A stretch of DNA of 6,984 nt from an archaeon (GTDB lineage Archaea > Iainarchaeota > Iainarchaeia > Iainarchaeales > CSSED10-239): the NCBI GenBank assembly GCA_041677685.1, contig JBAYPN010000032.1, positions 1-6,984 on the forward strand, written 5' to 3'. The notes beneath the pieces are model-generated. The model ran no database searches and had not been told where the DNA came from. It saw only the letters and a list, made by a program, of their open reading frames with translations. A program made the position numbers and the translations under genes. Positions within the stretch are counted from its first letter, which is position 1, and each line of letters opens with the position of its first letter. Below are positions 5,074 to 6,984 of the stretch, piece after piece.

Positions 5074-5681
5074 GCCTTTACAGAGTATGGTAAGATATCA
5101 AGATAATTATTTGATTTAAAATAAATTTGATCTAAGATTGGACCACCTGGAAAACCATAACCTAGATCTCTTGCAAAAGAATCAAATAAGTTTCCAAGAC
5201 CAATATCTAGAGTTTCTCCTAAAATCTTATATCTGTTGTCATCTCTTGCAATAATTTGGGTGTTTGCTCCTGAAGTGTAAATAAAAAGTGGATCTTTTGC
5301 TTTCATTAAAGTTTTTCCAATCTCTAAATGAGCAACACAATGATTGACACCTACAATTGGTTTATTATATTTGATTGCTAAAGTTCTTGCAAAAGTTGCA
5401 CCAACAACCAAGCAAGGACCAAGCCCTGGACTTTTTGAGAAGGAGATTACATGTATGTCTTTCATAGTCAATTTGGCATCCTCTAGTGCCTCTTTAAGAA
5501 GATCTATAGAATTTTGGTAATGAAATTGAGCTGCATCATAGGGTTTTATGCCAGATACTGTGTCTTTCTGAACATATTGTCTTTTAGAGTTAGTATATAC
5601 TTTACCTTTAGAATCAATAATTCCTATTCCTAGGGTATGAGCTGTTGACTCTATTCCTAGGCAGATGATTTTTTTATTCAT
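5046..5681 (-). CDS. kae1: Kae1 (tRNA N6-adenosine threonylcarbamoyltransferase), N-terminal fragment of 211 aa ending in a frameshifted tail
   Basis: ICLGIESTAHTLGIGII...SPGLGPCLVVGATFARTLAIKYNKPIVGVNHCVAHLEIG...IYTSGANTQII...YKILGETLDIGLGNLFDSFAR...PGGP matches the Kae1/TsaD N-terminal ASKHA domain, including the H-x-x-x-H metal site. After LPYSVK, the last 9 residues (AWTLSIQDY) are out-of-frame junk. Confidence 0.9.
   Translation of the reverse strand: MNKKIICLGIESTAHTLGIGIIDSKGKVYTNSKRQYVQKDTVSGIKPYDAAQFHYQNSIDLLKEALEDAKLTMKDIHVISFSKSPGLGPCLVVGATFARTLAIKYNKPIVGVNHCVAHLEIGKTLMKAKDPLFIYTSGANTQIIARDDNRYKILGETLDIGLGNLFDSFARDLGYGFPGGPILDQIYFKSNNYLDILPYSVKAWTLSIQDY
5071..5080 (-). other. Frame disruption site inside kae1 (one base missing relative to an intact gene)
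   Basis: The minus strand reads cca tac tct gta aag gca tgg (P Y S V K A W). Moving back one base at gtAAAGgc gives V K G M D I V Y S G L L. This reproduces the conserved Kae1 motif (PY.VKGMD..FSGL) exactly. Confidence 0.85.
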
Positions 5682-5738
5682 AATAATAAGTTTTATTTTT
5701 TTTGTATAGTAATATTTTAAAATTATAAAAAAATTAAA
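5682..5738 (-). promoter_or_regulatory. Short spacer holding a T-run after the NlpC/P60-LRR gene and a TATA-like box for kae1
   Basis: The minus strand reads atttaatttttttataattttaaaatattactatacaaaaaaaataaaacttattattATG. It has a T7 run right after the upstream stop. TTTATAAT-like sequence lies about 40 nt before ATG 5681. There is no Shine-Dalgarno-like motif. Confidence 0.35.
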
Positions 5739-6984
5739 TTACTTAAACTCTATAACAATTCCTGGATGGATATTTTTGATCTCATTAACTATTTGAGTAT
5801 CTTTAAAACTATCATCTAAAGTTAAATAATTTAAATTTGGGAAATAACTACTATTAGAAAGATATGCTAATTCAGAAAGGTCTGAACTTAGTTTTATATT
5901 TGTATTACTTAGATCTAATTCTCTTAATTCTTTTAAATTAATTATATCAATTATACTGGAATTATTAATTTTTGAACCACTTAGATCTAAAACTCTTAAA
6001 TTTTTAAAAAATTCTAAACCTTTTAAAGAATTAAATTCTTGGTATTTTGGAACTGTTTTAGAACAACTTAAAGCATTTAATGCACGAATATCTTTTTTAG
6101 TTAGTGTTATATTTTGAATTTCATCAGAAGATTTAGTTTCATTAAAACTTAATTTTCCAATTGTTGTCAAAATACAGCCTTTTAACAATGCACTTTCAAA
6201 ACCAAATTGTTGATTTGAGCTATCAAAATAGTCTGTATTATCTAATGTATATAAATCATCAATTTTATTATCATTCCAATCACCATCATTATCTTGGTCA
6301 ATATACCTTGCTAGATCTTTAATTGAACCAAAATCATTATTAGTTATTCTCCCTACATAAATTGGGGAAGATAACTTTTGAACTTTATTCTGGGTGTTAG
6401 TAATTTTAAGTTTATCTTCTATATTATCATAAAAAACTGTATTTACTTGTTGGTTAGCACTATTAATTGTGTTTGCATGTATAAACTCATGTTTCTTTGT
6501 TTGAGAGTTATAACCTTTATAAATACCAGCATGAGAATAATCAAAATACAAAAAGTCTCCTGGTTGAAGATAATCTATATCAGAAGAATATTCAATTACG
6601 AATTTTTCATCAGCAACATATTCTAAAATTGTTCCTCCCCAACTAAAAACCTTCTTTGCTTCTATAGTTTGTGGAATTCCTTGAAAATTAAATTGTGGTT
6701 TGTTATTTAGAAGACTAGTATCTCTTAATGCAAGATATTGTAGACCAATACAGTCAACACCATCTTTATCATAATATCCTTTTCTTCCACCAGAAACATA
6801 TTTCTCACCTAAATATTTTTCTGCGTTTTCTAAGATTTTTGGTCCAATTTCAGAAGAACTTAAATTTGTAGTATCTACTGCTGATGACCCAGGAGTAGAA
6901 AATTCCATTTTTAAAAATGGAATTGTTGGATATGTGGCACTAAATTTACTATAGTTATTTTTAATTTGAAGCTTTATACAATTA
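5739..6984 (-). CDS. NlpC/P60-family cysteine peptidase fused to an acidic Ca-binding-like loop and C-terminal leucine-rich repeats. It is probably 5'-truncated by the window: the first ATG is at 6908, but the frame stays open to 6984.
   Basis: NlpC/P60 hallmarks are AEKYLGEKYVSGG, the catalytic Cys in GVDCIGL (codon 6750..6752), and LQPGDFLYFDYSHAGIYKG...EFIHA. An acidic loop DQDNDGDWNDNKIDD lies at 6253..6300. The LRRs are NLRVLDLSGSKI, LKELRELDLSNTNI and FPNLNYLTLDD, preceded by an internalin-like SLKGLEFFKNL (about 5813..6116). Upstream of ATG 6908 the same frame reads ...NCIKLQIKNNYSKFSATYPTIPFLK with no stop. The S/T-rich segment after the Met looks like an interdomain linker, not an N-terminus. 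Confidence 0.8.
   Translation of the reverse strand, partial: NCIKLQIKNNYSKFSATYPTIPFLKMEFSTPGSSAVDTTNLSSSEIGPKILENAEKYLGEKYVSGGRKGYYDKDGVDCIGLQYLALRDTSLLNNKPQFNFQGIPQTIEAKKVFSWGGTILEYVADEKFVIEYSSDIDYLQPGDFLYFDYSHAGIYKGYNSQTKKHEFIHANTINSANQQVNTVFYDNIEDKLKITNTQNKVQKLSSPIYVGRITNNDFGSIKDLARYIDQDNDGDWNDNKIDDLYTLDNTDYFDSSNQQFGFESALLKGCILTTIGKLSFNETKSSDEIQNITLTKKDIRALNALSCSKTVPKYQEFNSLKGLEFFKNLRVLDLSGSKINNSSIIDIINLKELRELDLSNTNIKLSSDLSELAYLSNSSYFPNLNYLTLDDSFKDTQIVNEIKNIHPGIVIEFK

Noticed and set aside
5046-5080. Programmed -1 ribosomal frameshift in kae1
   Set aside because: It is kept only as a remote option. There is no X-XXY-YYZ slippery heptamer, no obvious downstream stem or pseudoknot, and no internal Shine-Dalgarno-like stimulator upstream. 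A single-base indel in a short A/G run is the more parsimonious explanation.
4687-5681. Kae1-Bud32 fusion, or a bud32 kinase next to kae1
   Set aside because: Kae1 ends at its canonical ...QVIISW terminus followed by TAA. The next ORF (125 aa) has no kinase motifs (no G-loop, VAIK or HRD-like signatures).
6378-6626. Plus-strand 82-aa ORF
   Set aside because: It is antisense to the NlpC/P60 catalytic domain. Its I/F/Y/N-rich composition is typical of shadow ORFs in AT-rich DNA.
1-6984. Alternative genetic code or stop-codon reassignment
   Set aside because: All conserved proteins translate uninterrupted with the standard code, and every gene end I could place is TAA. The only interruption (kae1) is a frame change, not an in-frame stop.
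1-6984. tRNA, rRNA or C/D-box sRNA genes in the spacers
   Set aside because: There are no GC-rich islands of tRNA size, no cloverleaf-compatible stems, and no RUGAUGA / CUGA box pairs in the spacers 1815..1913, 2145..2382, 2791..3104, 3980..4097 and 4476..4686.

Overview
This is a very AT-rich stretch (about 70% A+T by eye, not computed) carrying a clearly archaeal informational gene set. All family calls come from motif recognition by eye; no database search was possible.

Gene order, left to right:
- Archaeal DnaG on the minus strand, from ATG 1814 past the left edge. It is absent from the ORF track only because it is edge-truncated.
- A DUF167/YggU-family protein (minus).
- Holliday junction resolvase Hjc (plus).
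- An unlisted 43-codon ORF (plus).
- A co-directional minus-strand run: NlpC/P60-LRR protein -> Kae1 -> 125-aa ORFan -> Pth2 -> GNAT-like acetyltransferase.

Kae1, the universal t6A enzyme, is split into two overlapping ORFs by a one-base frame disruption inside a conserved motif. The only clearly non-housekeeping gene is the NlpC/P60 cysteine peptidase fused to leucine-rich repeats at the right end. Its frame stays open to the window edge.

Every recognisable stop codon is TAA, and the standard genetic code is sufficient. Some genes have a GTGATC-type Shine-Dalgarno-like motif, while others look leaderless behind TATA-like boxes.

The gene content, short spacers and N/K/Q-rich low-complexity insertions suggest a small-genome, DPANN-like archaeon. 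That is inference only.

I saw no rRNA, tRNA, CRISPR array, transposase, integrase or canonical defence system. The points most worth follow-up are:
- the NlpC/P60-LRR fusion
- the interrupted kae1
- the coupled pth2-GNAT pair
- the ORFan between kae1 and pth2
- a roughly 200-aa low-complexity insertion in DnaG
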